A stretch of 64,000 bases of DNA from Bacteroidales bacterium (GTDB lineage Bacteria > Bacteroidota > Bacteroidia > Bacteroidales > NBLH01). The stretch covers positions 581 through 64,580 of the forward strand of contig JBNKJW010000075.1 in NCBI GenBank assembly GCA_050291445.1. The letters are read 5' to 3'. The notes under the pieces are model-generated. The model saw only the letters and a list, made by a program, of their open reading frames with translations. It did not search any database and was not told the origin of the DNA. Made by a program: the position numbers and the translations under genes. Below, piece after piece: positions 49,388 through 58,934 of this stretch. The first letter of the stretch is position 1. Each line of letters opens with the position of its first letter.

Positions 49388-50368
49388 ATGACGAAATACA
49401 AGTTTCATTTTGATCCTGAAACTCTGAGCTACAAGAAGGTTAAGGTGAGTTTTAAAGAACAGATTTACAAAAGCTTACCAAAATTTGCCTCTGCTACAAT
49501 ACTTGGAGTATTATTTTTTATTGCACTATCATTTGTTATAAAATCACCTGTTGAAAAACAGGAAGAAGAAAAACAACAAGGCATTTTACTTAGTTTAGAA
49601 TACCTTAACAGAAAAATGGTTGATGCTGAAAATACTTTAAGTGAGGTTCAAAAGCGAGACGACGAAATTTATCGTAAAATTTTCCAGGCCAACCCAATTC
49701 CTGAATCAGTTCGTAAAGCAGGTTTTGGTGGTGTTGACAGATACAAAAAATACAGTGGCTCCTCCTTCAGCGATGGAATTATTAAAGCTGCAAAAAAATT
49801 AGACATCCTTTCAAAACAAATGGTGGTTCAGTCAAAATCTTTTGATGAAGTAATTGAACTGGTCAAGAACAAAGAAAAAATGATGGCTTGCATCCCTGCC
49901 ATTCAACCAATAGCAATTAAAGATTTAACCCGTTTTGGTTCTGCCTACGGATACAGAATGCATCCAATACTTGGTTATGTAAGAAAACACAATGGTGTTG
50001 ATTTAACCGCACCACGAGGAACAAAAATATACGCCTCTGGCGATGGAGTTGTAACAAGAGCTGATCATGCAGGAGGATACGGTAACTGTGTAAGAATAAA
50101 TCATGGATTTGGTTATCAAACCAGATATGCCCATATGAACGAAATGTTTGTTCGCGCAGGGCAAAAAGTTAAAAGAGGTGATATTATTGGCACAGTAGGA
50201 AGTACTGGTTTATCAACAAGCCCTCATTTACATTACGAAGTTTTAATCAATGGTAAATATACCAACCCTGTTAATTTCTATTACAATGATTTAACTGAGG
50301 AAGAATATGAAATGATGATTGAGATGTCGGCAACTGCAGATACTCACGAATTTGAAATAGACGAATAA
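49388..50368 (+). CDS. M23-family metallopeptidase
   Basis: TM/coiled-coil N-terminus; HNGVD (HxxxD), YAHM, PHLHYEV; TACATTTG box at 49329-49336. Confidence 0.95.
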   Translation: MTKYKFHFDPETLSYKKVKVSFKEQIYKSLPKFASATILGVLFFIALSFVIKSPVEKQEEEKQQGILLSLEYLNRKMVDAENTLSEVQKRDDEIYRKIFQANPIPESVRKAGFGGVDRYKKYSGSSFSDGIIKAAKKLDILSKQMVVQSKSFDEVIELVKNKEKMMACIPAIQPIAIKDLTRFGSAYGYRMHPILGYVRKHNGVDLTAPRGTKIYASGDGVVTRADHAGGYGNCVRINHGFGYQTRYAHMNEMFVRAGQKVKRGDIIGTVGSTGLSTSPHLHYEVLINGKYTNPVNFYYNDLTEEEYEMMIEMSATADTHEFEIDE

Positions 50369-50393
50369 GCTTTAACACTTAAGATAATTTTAG

Positions 50394-50429
50394 AAATGGT
50401 TAAATTATTAATAATTTAACCATTTTTTT
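50394..50429 (+). terminator. Rho-independent terminator after the M23 gene
   Basis: AAATGGTTAAATTAT-ta-ATAATTTAACCATTT, perfect 15-bp stem plus T-run. Confidence 0.7.
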
Positions 50430-50458
50430 GTGCTAAATTTAATACCCAGCTTAAAATA

Positions 50459-51313
50459 ATGCAGAAAATATTTTTACTTCTAACAGCATTGCTTTTTATA
50501 GTTGCATGTGGTGCTTCATCAGACTATGACAATAAAAACAGTGGTTTAAATAATGACTCGTCAGAACTAAAACCTCAAAAGGATACCATAATTACTTTGC
50601 GAAAAGATACTGTAAAACCGGATTCGGCATTTAAAAAACTGCAACTGAAAAACAAAAACCCTCAAATAGCTTATAAAGAAAAAGAACAAATTGTAAAAAA
50701 ATTAATACAAGATAAAGGAATAGATTATGCTTCGATGGAAGTGTTTTTTAGAACGATTAAAGAGGAGCAAATTTTAGAAGTTTGGGCCAAAGACAGGGTG
50801 AAAACTGACAAGTTTAAATTAATTAAAACATATAAACTTTGCGTTGACACCAACCCGGATACACTTAGAGGGACTGATTTGCTGGTACCTGAAAGTTTTT
50901 ATTACATTAAGTATTTTCACCCGGCCAATCCTTATTTTGTGCGCATGGAAATCAACTTTCCTAATGAATCTGACAGAAAAAGAGGTCGTTCTGGTAGCGA
51001 TATTGCCATTCACGGAGGTTGTTATTCAACATACTGCTCCCCTTTTACCGATGATGATATTAAAGAAATTTATATTTTCGCAGTCGAAGCAAAATCGAAA
51101 GGCCAAAAAGAAGTTCCTGTCCATAATTTCCCGTTTAGAATGACAGATGAAAAAACTGAGAAATACAAAAAAGATCCGAGGTATAAAAACGACAAGAAAA
51201 AACTGTTTAACCGTGATAACATGAAATTTGGCTACCAATATTTCGAAAAGCACAAACAATTATTTGATTTTACAGTTGACAAAGAAGGAAAATACATTTA
51301 TGAAAACAACTAA
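50459..51313 (+). CDS. YkuD-superfamily (YafK/DpaA-like) L,D-transpeptidase-family lipoprotein
   Basis: Lipobox IVAC; FFRTIKEEQILEVW, VPESFYYI..FHPANPYFVRMEINFPN..D, GSDIAIHGGCYSTYC. Confidence 0.8.
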   Translation: MQKIFLLLTALLFIVACGASSDYDNKNSGLNNDSSELKPQKDTIITLRKDTVKPDSAFKKLQLKNKNPQIAYKEKEQIVKKLIQDKGIDYASMEVFFRTIKEEQILEVWAKDRVKTDKFKLIKTYKLCVDTNPDTLRGTDLLVPESFYYIKYFHPANPYFVRMEINFPNESDRKRGRSGSDIAIHGGCYSTYCSPFTDDDIKEIYIFAVEAKSKGQKEVPVHNFPFRMTDEKTEKYKKDPRYKNDKKKLFNRDNMKFGYQYFEKHKQLFDFTVDKEGKYIYENN

Positions 51314-53003
51314 GCACACTAGTTCGATAAAAATCATACTTTTTTCGATATTCTCAGCATTCATTTTATTTAGTTTTAATTCGTGTGAATCTAGCGCATC
51401 AGCTAAAGAATTTGAAAAAATTAAAAATTCAACTTCTGTAGAAGCTTTTTGCCAATTCATAAATCAATACCCTGATACTGACCAGACAGCAGAGGCCCTA
51501 AAAATAAGGAACCAACTGGTTTTTGATAGTATTTTGCAGATAAACACAGTAAAAAAATACGAAGAATTCATTGAGCAATATCCTGATGCTGAGCAAATTG
51601 CAACTGCAAAGCAAAAAATTGAAGAATTAAAAGGATTAAGGGCCGTAGTTAGTACTTTCAGGGGCAACAGCCAGCGAAATTATTATGGCAACAAGTGCCC
51701 ATCAAGGCTAGATGAGATATGGACAGTTAATATGGGTGCAGGAAAGAGTTTTGCATACGGTAAAATGTATGTTTGGACAGGCGCCGGCTGGACAGGTCAG
51801 CCATTAGTTGTAACAGAGGATACCAATACCTACATTATTCAGGGCTGTTTTGATTATAATTTAAAGAAAATTGATGCCAGCAATGGCAAATTGATTTGGA
51901 AATACCGATTTGATGATATCATCAAAGGAACAGGGACTATCTACATTAACAAAAAAGCAAAAAACAAAGACGAGCAGGTGCTTATTATGCAGGGAAGCCG
52001 AAGAGGTGAAGGTGTAAGCAGTACGGCAGGTGTTGCGCCAAGTTTTAGGGCTGTTTCGTACTATTCCGGTAAAGAACTATGGCGAATGAACAGTAAAAAA
52101 ACACCTTGTTATAGCCGGGATGTAGACGCTTCGGCAGTCATTTTGGGCGATACCGCCTACATTGGTTTAGAAAATGGCATTTTTACAGTTTTTGATCCCA
52201 ATCCGGCTAATGCTGAACAAAGAAACAGTATTCTGCAACCAAAGATATACCAGGAAACCAATTTATGGAATGACGCTGATATTAAAGCGCATGGTGGCAA
52301 CCTGGTGGCAGAGTCTTCCCCAACTATTTTTAATGGCAGAGTTTATATTGTTTCGGGCTCGGGACATGTTTATGGCTACAACCTAAAAACAAAAAAAATT
52401 GACTGGGACTTTTATATTGGATGTGATATGGATGGCTCTGCACCGGTTACCAATGACAGTTGCCTAATGGTTTCGGTTGAAAAAGAATACATTAAAGGAC
52501 ATGGAGGAGTATTTAAACTAGACCCTTCGAAACCAGAAAAAGAGGCTGCTGAGTGGTATTTTCCCGTTGGAACTAAAAAGTTTGCTTTTTGGGATGGTGG
52601 TATCATTGGCTCTGTGGCTATCAACGATCAATACATTGAAGAAACTGACACCCATCTTGCTGCATTTTTGGCAATTGATGGTTATTTATATGTAGTTGAT
52701 CATAAAAACATTACCGACGAAAAAGTACCAGGGCCTGATGGTGTTACAAAATATCCAAAACCAAAACTATTATTCAAAAAATATGTGGGCGGGGCAATAT
52801 CCTCACCAATTATTGTAGGCAACAAAATAGTGGCCTGCACTTACGAAGGAATTTACCTGTTTGAATACGATAAAGACATGAATTTCAAACTATTAGACCA
52901 GAAAAAAGGCATTTCGTTTGAGGCTTCGCCCATTTGCTGGGACAACCGAATTTATGTGGTTTCTAATACAACGGGATTGATGTATTGTTTTGGGGAAAAG
53001 TAG
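51300..53003 (+). CDS. PQQ-type beta-propeller lipoprotein (paralog A) with N-terminal helical repeats
   Basis: Lipobox FNSC; two FI..YP....A.A repeats; TFRGN, WTGAGWTGQP and blade motifs D..NGK.IW / SGKELW; ATG 51300 overlaps the upstream stop. Confidence 0.82.
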   Translation: MKTTKHTSSIKIILFSIFSAFILFSFNSCESSASAKEFEKIKNSTSVEAFCQFINQYPDTDQTAEALKIRNQLVFDSILQINTVKKYEEFIEQYPDAEQIATAKQKIEELKGLRAVVSTFRGNSQRNYYGNKCPSRLDEIWTVNMGAGKSFAYGKMYVWTGAGWTGQPLVVTEDTNTYIIQGCFDYNLKKIDASNGKLIWKYRFDDIIKGTGTIYINKKAKNKDEQVLIMQGSRRGEGVSSTAGVAPSFRAVSYYSGKELWRMNSKKTPCYSRDVDASAVILGDTAYIGLENGIFTVFDPNPANAEQRNSILQPKIYQETNLWNDADIKAHGGNLVAESSPTIFNGRVYIVSGSGHVYGYNLKTKKIDWDFYIGCDMDGSAPVTNDSCLMVSVEKEYIKGHGGVFKLDPSKPEKEAAEWYFPVGTKKFAFWDGGIIGSVAINDQYIEETDTHLAAFLAIDGYLYVVDHKNITDEKVPGPDGVTKYPKPKLLFKKYVGGAISSPIIVGNKIVACTYEGIYLFEYDKDMNFKLLDQKKGISFEASPICWDNRIYVVSNTTGLMYCFGEK

Positions 53004-53154
53004 AACCTGGAACTTAGAAATTGGTGTATTAAAACTTAGAAATTGGTGTATTAGAACTTGGTATATTGAATTGAAATTGTTAACAAAACCATAAAACATG
53101 ATCTTAATTAGTGCCAATTAGTGAAATTAGTGGCAAACAAGTAAAAGAAAAAAT

Positions 53155-54363
53155 ATGAAAAAATTAAACCTTTTAGTAATTCTAAGCCTCATCCTTTCTT
53201 TATCATGGATGGCTTGTAATTCAGACTCGGATGAGAACAATTCAGAAGAAACTACTGAAATTGATTCTTTAAAGCAAGATAGTATTAACAAAGCCAACTT
53301 TATGGCGCAATACAACCGATATTACAATGATGTTGCCCGTTTTATAGCAGGTTTGCCTCAAACCGAAGGAAGCAGCCTGGCAAAATTTGACACACTGCCT
53401 GAAACCATTGAATATCAAAAATCAAATAAAAAGTTTTTTGCCAACCTGAATGAAATTCTATTGGATAAAATGGAAGTTTTCTCTGATTCGGAGCTAAAAG
53501 ACATCCGTAAAGAAGGAATGACTATATTTTATCCTTTTAGCGGCCCTGATTTTATTAACGTAGATCCATTTTTTCCTGAAGCAACAACTACAGTAATGTT
53601 TGGTTTAGAGCCAGTTGGGTATATTCCACACCTATCGGAAGATATTACCAATGAAGAGCTCCATAAAATTTATAAAACATTTAGAAGATCGATTGACTCG
53701 ATTGCCTATTTGAACTATTTTATGACCTTTGAGATGAACAGGGATTTGCGAACAGTGGCGCAACTAGACGGTAATTTATCGATTATATCGCTTTTTATGG
53801 CGCAAAGAGGGTACCATATTTTAAATGTAAAAAAAGTAACCATCGACGCAACAGGAGCTATTGTTGATTCAATTCCTGGGTTGGTTGACAATGATGATCC
53901 AACTGACACATACGTTTCTGGTGGCCTTATCGAATACATGAAACCAGACGAGTACAAAGTCAGGAAGTTGTACTACTTTTCACACGATGTAAGTGATGAA
54001 AAAATTGCCCAGACACCTGAGATGTTGAAATTCTTTAAATCATTGAATATTGATGTGGCTTTGTTTAAAGCAGCATCCTACTTGTGTTCATGGCTGCACA
54101 CCATCAGGGAATTTACTTTAGAAAATGCAAAAAGTGTAGTTCAGGATGATTCAGGTATCTACCTAAAATATTTTACAGATGATAAATGGGACAAAAAGTT
54201 TTATGGAAAATACCAGAGAACACGAAAAGTTTTTAAATCCAACTTTCAACCAGATTTAAAGGCAATATATGATAAAGATACGACCATAAAGCCATTGGAC
54301 TTTAAATTTGGGTATGGTTCCATGATTAATCAGGATAACATTATGGTGGCAAAGAAAAAATAA
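53155..54363 (+). CDS. Uncharacterised 'YPFSGPDF' lipoprotein (paralog 1)
   Basis: Lipobox WMAC; FYPFSGPDF, GLEPVG, KLYYFSHD, KAASYL, QDDSGI, FKFGY; clearly homologous to 57540-58697. Confidence 0.8.
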   Translation: MKKLNLLVILSLILSLSWMACNSDSDENNSEETTEIDSLKQDSINKANFMAQYNRYYNDVARFIAGLPQTEGSSLAKFDTLPETIEYQKSNKKFFANLNEILLDKMEVFSDSELKDIRKEGMTIFYPFSGPDFINVDPFFPEATTTVMFGLEPVGYIPHLSEDITNEELHKIYKTFRRSIDSIAYLNYFMTFEMNRDLRTVAQLDGNLSIISLFMAQRGYHILNVKKVTIDATGAIVDSIPGLVDNDDPTDTYVSGGLIEYMKPDEYKVRKLYYFSHDVSDEKIAQTPEMLKFFKSLNIDVALFKAASYLCSWLHTIREFTLENAKSVVQDDSGIYLKYFTDDKWDKKFYGKYQRTRKVFKSNFQPDLKAIYDKDTTIKPLDFKFGYGSMINQDNIMVAKKK

Positions 54364-54367
54364 CTCT

Positions 54368-54510
54368 TGGTCATTAGTCATTACGGAGAGACCTTTTAGT
54401 AATCTTGAGAACTGAAAGTATTTGGATTTGAAACTGGTGTATTGGTTATTGGAGAGGGGTCTCTAATAACTTTTTACACTGAGCTTGTCGAAGTGAATGA
54501 CTAATGACCA
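54368..54510. repeat. 143-bp element bounded by perfect 15-bp inverted repeats
   Basis: TGGTCATTAGTCATT (54368-54382) and AATGACTAATGACCA (54496-54510); contains CACTGAGCTTGTCGAAGTG at 54477-54495. Confidence 0.8.
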
Positions 54511-54576
54511 TCAACAAATTTTAATATTACACCCCTCCCAATAATACAAAGTATTACAGTTTATAAAAAGAAAAAC

Positions 54577-55917
54577 ATGTCCACAGCAACACAAAGCAAA
54601 AGAAAAATAGGTATTTATACAGCAACAGCTATTGTTGCAGCCAATATGATTGGGACAGGGGTTTTTACGAGTTTAGGGTTCCAGGTTTTTGATATTCAAA
54701 CCGGTTTTTCAATTGTTGCTTTGTGGTTGATAGGTGGACTGGCAGCACTTTCAGGAGCTCTGTCTTACGGAGAATTAAGTGCAGCTATGCCCCGATCTGG
54801 TGGTGAATACCATTTGCTTTCTAAAATTTATCATCCTTCAGTTGGTTTTCTTTCTGGCTGGATTTCGGTAGCGGTTGGCTTTTCAGCACCTATTGCAGCA
54901 GCCTCAATGGCTATGGGTAAATACCTTTCGCAGGTGCTAATTGACACCCAGGTGGTTTCAATGGACCACTTGTTTTTTACAAAGATTTTAACCGCAATTA
55001 TTGGGGTAACTTTTGTATCAATAGTCCACTTTTTTAATGTAAAATTTGTAAGCAAGTTTCAACTTTTTTTTACCGCTCTAAAAATTACTTTAATTGTATT
55101 GCTAATTCTTTTCGGTTTCACTCTGGCAAGTGGTCAGGATGTATCTTTTTTGCCAGCTGCTGGCGATTTTAAAACCATATTTAGTGCCCCGTTTGCCATT
55201 TCACTTATTTTTGTAATGTACTCGTACTCAGGGTGGAATGCAGCGATATATATTGCCAGCGATATTAAAAAACCAGGGAAATATTTACCATTATCATTAA
55301 TTTTAGGAACGCTGATAGTTGTGGCACTCTACGTTCCTATCAATGCAGCTTTTATGTACTCTGCCCCAATTTCTGAAATGATGGGACAAGAGGATGTAGG
55401 CTACATTGCTGCCAACCACATTTTTGGTGAAACCGGCGGGATAATTATGGGAGTGTTGATTTCAATTGGACTAATTTCAGCCATTAGCTCCATGATTTGG
55501 GCTGGGCCTAGAGTTACCCAGGTAATGGGAGAAGATGTTAAAATCCTTCGATTTCTTTCGGTAAAAAATAAAAACGAGGTACCTTACATTTCTTTGATTT
55601 TACAATATGTTGTGGTTGTTGCCTTAATTCTAACCTCATCATTTGATGCAATTATTAAATACATTGGCTTTTTGCTGTCACTTTCATCGTTTTTAACAGT
55701 GTTGGGAGTATTTATTTTACGTTTTACAAAGCCAGAAATGGAACGCCCTTACAAAACCTGGGGATATCCGTTTACCCCACTTGTATTTCTTGCAGTAACC
55801 GGTTGGATGATGTTTTACGTAGTAAAAGAAGAACCCACTATTACGCTTGTAGGACTGGCAACAATCGGAGCAGGTTTGGCGCTGTATTTTATTAATAAGC
55901 TTGTGGAAAAAAAATAG
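54577..55917 (+). CDS. APC-superfamily amino acid permease
   Basis: IVAANMIGTGVF, YGELSAAMPRSGGEY, YSYSGWNAA, GPRVTQVMGED, RPYKTWGYP; about 12 TM segments. Confidence 0.93.
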   Translation: MSTATQSKRKIGIYTATAIVAANMIGTGVFTSLGFQVFDIQTGFSIVALWLIGGLAALSGALSYGELSAAMPRSGGEYHLLSKIYHPSVGFLSGWISVAVGFSAPIAAASMAMGKYLSQVLIDTQVVSMDHLFFTKILTAIIGVTFVSIVHFFNVKFVSKFQLFFTALKITLIVLLILFGFTLASGQDVSFLPAAGDFKTIFSAPFAISLIFVMYSYSGWNAAIYIASDIKKPGKYLPLSLILGTLIVVALYVPINAAFMYSAPISEMMGQEDVGYIAANHIFGETGGIIMGVLISIGLISAISSMIWAGPRVTQVMGEDVKILRFLSVKNKNEVPYISLILQYVVVVALILTSSFDAIIKYIGFLLSLSSFLTVLGVFILRFTKPEMERPYKTWGYPFTPLVFLAVTGWMMFYVVKEEPTITLVGLATIGAGLALYFINKLVEKK

Positions 55918-55963
55918 TCATTTATCACTGGTCATTCCATTCGCTTGAAAGCAAATGACCAAA

Positions 55964-57415
55964 TTAATCCCCAAAACAATACAAATACCCATTTCTTGAA
56001 GCAACATACACTTTTTTGTTCCACACAATGGGCGAAGCTTCAAATGGAATTCCTGTTTTTTTGGCTAATAAAGTGGCCTTAAACTTACCATTCACCCAAG
56101 TGTATTTAAACAAATAAATACCCACTGCAGTACAGGCTATTATTTTATCATCCACTATAATTGGTGAAGAAATTCCCGGGCCAACATAGTATTTAAACAA
56201 TTGCTTAGGTACAGGATATGGCTTTTTTGAATAGGGTGCTTTGGCAGTTTTTCCTGAATCCAGTTCATTATTGTCAATCACATACAAGTAACCATCAATG
56301 GCACTAAAAGCTGAAATACTGGGTAAAGAGTCATTTTTGTTGTAATAATCGTTTACTGCGAGGGTACCAATGATGCCTCCCTCCCACTCAGCATACTTTT
56401 TATTTCCTGTTGGGAAAAACCATTCAACAGATTCCTCTTCAGGTTTTGAAGGATTCAATTTTAGCACCCCTGCCCTACCCTCAATATACTGACGCTCAAG
56501 GGTTACAAGTATTTCATCATCTTTTGTGGCAACGGTAGAACCATCAATATCAGTTGCAATGTAAAAATTCCAGTCCGCTTTTTTTGTGTCTAAGTTGTAA
56601 GCAATAATTCTCGAACAAGCACCTATTACCACTTTATTTTTTACCAGCGTGGGAGATGCTTCGGTTACAAAATTCACTCCGTGCAAAAGCACATCACTAT
56701 CATTATACAACTTAAATTCTTTGTAAATTTTTGGTTGAATAATTCCATCTTTTAAACCAGCATGGGCACTATCGGGATTAAAAATAGTAAAAATGCCATT
56801 TTCCAGGCCAATGTATGCTGTATCATTAATCACCAATGGCGATCCATCTACATCCCGACTGTAACTATAGGTTTTCCTTACGTTCATCCGCCACAATTCT
56901 TTACCAGTAAGGTAAGATATTGCCCTAAAACTTGGAATAACCTTTTGGTCCCAATCATTTTTTGCACCATAACGGCTCCCTTGCATAATTACAAACCGAT
57001 TTTCAGGCTTGTTGGCGTTGGGATTTTCCCAAATAGTTCCTGTACCTTTTAAAATATCATCAAATTTATATTTCCAGACAACTTTTCCTGTATTAGCATC
57101 AAATTTCCGTAAATAATAATCATAAGCTCCCTGAATTAAATAAGGTTTGCCTTTTTCCATCACTAAAAGTGGTTGACCTGTCCAACCTGCACCTGTCCAA
57201 ACTCTGGGGATGTCTTTAACAACACTCCTGCCACTGCCTAAATTAAATTTCCATTTTAGGTTTAGCCGTTTTGGCGCATCAAGGCCGTAAAAATTGCGTT
57301 TTTCATTGCCCCGGAAGGTTTTTACTATTACCTGGATGCTATCCTCCTGACCAAAAGAGGAAATACTGACAAAAATTAGAAGAAAAAATACTAAAAAGAT
57401 ATTTGATTTGATCAT
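55964..57415 (-). CDS. PQQ-type beta-propeller secreted protein (paralog B)
   Basis: SPI signal (..SSFGQ); TFRGN, WTGAGWTGQP, KFDDILKGTGT, YSRDVDGSP, YIGLENG, FEASP shared with paralog A. Confidence 0.82.
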   Translation of the reverse strand: MIKSNIFLVFFLLIFVSISSFGQEDSIQVIVKTFRGNEKRNFYGLDAPKRLNLKWKFNLGSGRSVVKDIPRVWTGAGWTGQPLLVMEKGKPYLIQGAYDYYLRKFDANTGKVVWKYKFDDILKGTGTIWENPNANKPENRFVIMQGSRYGAKNDWDQKVIPSFRAISYLTGKELWRMNVRKTYSYSRDVDGSPLVINDTAYIGLENGIFTIFNPDSAHAGLKDGIIQPKIYKEFKLYNDSDVLLHGVNFVTEASPTLVKNKVVIGACSRIIAYNLDTKKADWNFYIATDIDGSTVATKDDEILVTLERQYIEGRAGVLKLNPSKPEEESVEWFFPTGNKKYAEWEGGIIGTLAVNDYYNKNDSLPSISAFSAIDGYLYVIDNNELDSGKTAKAPYSKKPYPVPKQLFKYYVGPGISSPIIVDDKIIACTAVGIYLFKYTWVNGKFKATLLAKKTGIPFEASPIVWNKKVYVASRNGYLYCFGD

Positions 57416-57539
57416 ATTATTTTTTTTAGGTACACGGATTACCTACTGTAATACATTGATTAAGCTAATTTTCACTGATCTTGAGACCTTCGGTCTCTTT
57501 TTAAACTCGTCATATCCGTCAAATCCGTGTTCTGTTTCT

Positions 57540-58697
57540 TTATCTCTTCTTTGTAAACAACATCAGGTTACTCTTCCCACCCTTAATCCTTGAACTGTAA
57601 CCTATTTTAAACGGAATTTCCTGTATGGTGGTATCAGACGCATAGACTGCTTTCAGGTCTTTTTGCACGGCCCATCTAAAAGAGTTTTGTGGCCTTGTGA
57701 AGCCTCCCCAGAGTTTTTGTTCCCAGTCTTTTTTATCAAAATAGCGGTAATATATCCCCGAAACATCCTGAAAAACATATTTGGATTTTAGTGCCTGTTT
57801 TCTAATGGTTGCAAAAGAGTTGCAAAGGTATGAAGCTGCCTTTAAGTAAGTTGCATCAAACTTTTGGGCAGCTAAAAATTTTGTAAAGCCCGGACTCACG
57901 TTCATACTTTTGTCTGAAGCATCATGCGAAAAATAATACAATTTTCTTATTGTGGTATCGTTTGGCTTGTTATAAGAAATCTCAACGCCGGAAATAAAGG
58001 TATCCCATGGACTGTCGTTATCTTTTCTGCCTTTTAATGAACTCACCACTTTGCCTTGCGAATTTAAGGTAATCCTTTTCACAGTATCAATTTCAAAACC
58101 TGATTTGGCCATTGTCAACATAACTACGGGTGTTAGTCCCCTTAATTCAAGACTGCGTGCAAAATCCTTGCGCATATCGTTGGTCATAAAATATCCCCAG
58201 ATAAAAATACTATCCAATGATTGACGAACTGCTTTTAAAAATGTATTTAGTTTTTTATCATCTAAATCGTGCACCTCCGGAACCTTTCCTACACGCTCCA
58301 AACCAAGCATAACAATTTTCTCTGCATTTGGGAAAAATATGTTTGCATGGATAAAATCCGGGCCACTAAAGGGGTAAAATAGTGATTTTACGCTATCAGC
58401 CAACACTTTCACCTCTTGTTTTGCCCATTTTGAGATAGGTTGAATGCGGGCTGCATCTGCACTGTCCCAAAATTTTGTAAACGATTTTTTATGTTGCAAC
58501 CAAACTTTATTGGTATCTGCATATTTAATGCTACTGTTCTCTTCCTGATCCATACAGGCATAAAAACGAGCAATTTCGTTGTGTTTTTTACTTATTTTGG
58601 GTGCTTTTACCTCTTCTTCTGATTCTTTTTCAGGATTTTGGGCACAAGATGATAGTGCCAGCAATACAAATAGGATTAAAAATAAAATGTTCTTCAT
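57540..58697 (-). CDS. Uncharacterised 'YPFSGPDF' lipoprotein (paralog 2)
   Basis: Lipobox LSSC; FYPFSGPDF, GLERVG, KLYYFSHD, KAASYLC, QDVSGIY, PFKIGY; TACTTTTG box at 58725-58732 on the minus strand. Confidence 0.8.
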   Translation of the reverse strand: MKNILFLILFVLLALSSCAQNPEKESEEEVKAPKISKKHNEIARFYACMDQEENSSIKYADTNKVWLQHKKSFTKFWDSADAARIQPISKWAKQEVKVLADSVKSLFYPFSGPDFIHANIFFPNAEKIVMLGLERVGKVPEVHDLDDKKLNTFLKAVRQSLDSIFIWGYFMTNDMRKDFARSLELRGLTPVVMLTMAKSGFEIDTVKRITLNSQGKVVSSLKGRKDNDSPWDTFISGVEISYNKPNDTTIRKLYYFSHDASDKSMNVSPGFTKFLAAQKFDATYLKAASYLCNSFATIRKQALKSKYVFQDVSGIYYRYFDKKDWEQKLWGGFTRPQNSFRWAVQKDLKAVYASDTTIQEIPFKIGYSSRIKGGKSNLMLFTKKR

Positions 58698-58818
58698 TTA
58701 AAGGTATTTTTGATTTACTAGGGCCAAAAGTAGGAATATTTATTTTAATGGTACACTGATGAAACTGATTATTATGATTTAAACTGATCAGTCAACAACT
58801 TCTCTTCATAAAGCAAAA

Positions 58819-58841
58819 GCCCTGGCAAAATCTGCCAGGGC
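58819..58841 (-). terminator. Rho-independent terminator of the fumarase gene
   Basis: GCCCTGGCA-aaatc-TGCCAGGGC; the minus strand continues TTTTGCTTT. Confidence 0.75.
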
Positions 58842-58934
58842 ATGTGTCAAAAACTTAAGAAATAACAACCTGTTACCAGTAACAAGGCTTTGACAAGCTC
58901 AGCCACTGACAACAAGAAGCCGTATCAAATTTAT

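Noticed and set aside
49388-50368. M23 peptidase as part of the novel envelope locus
   Set aside because: It is followed by a strong terminator hairpin, and from recall the divergent alaS/M23 pair is conserved Bacteroidota synteny, so the adjacency may be incidental.
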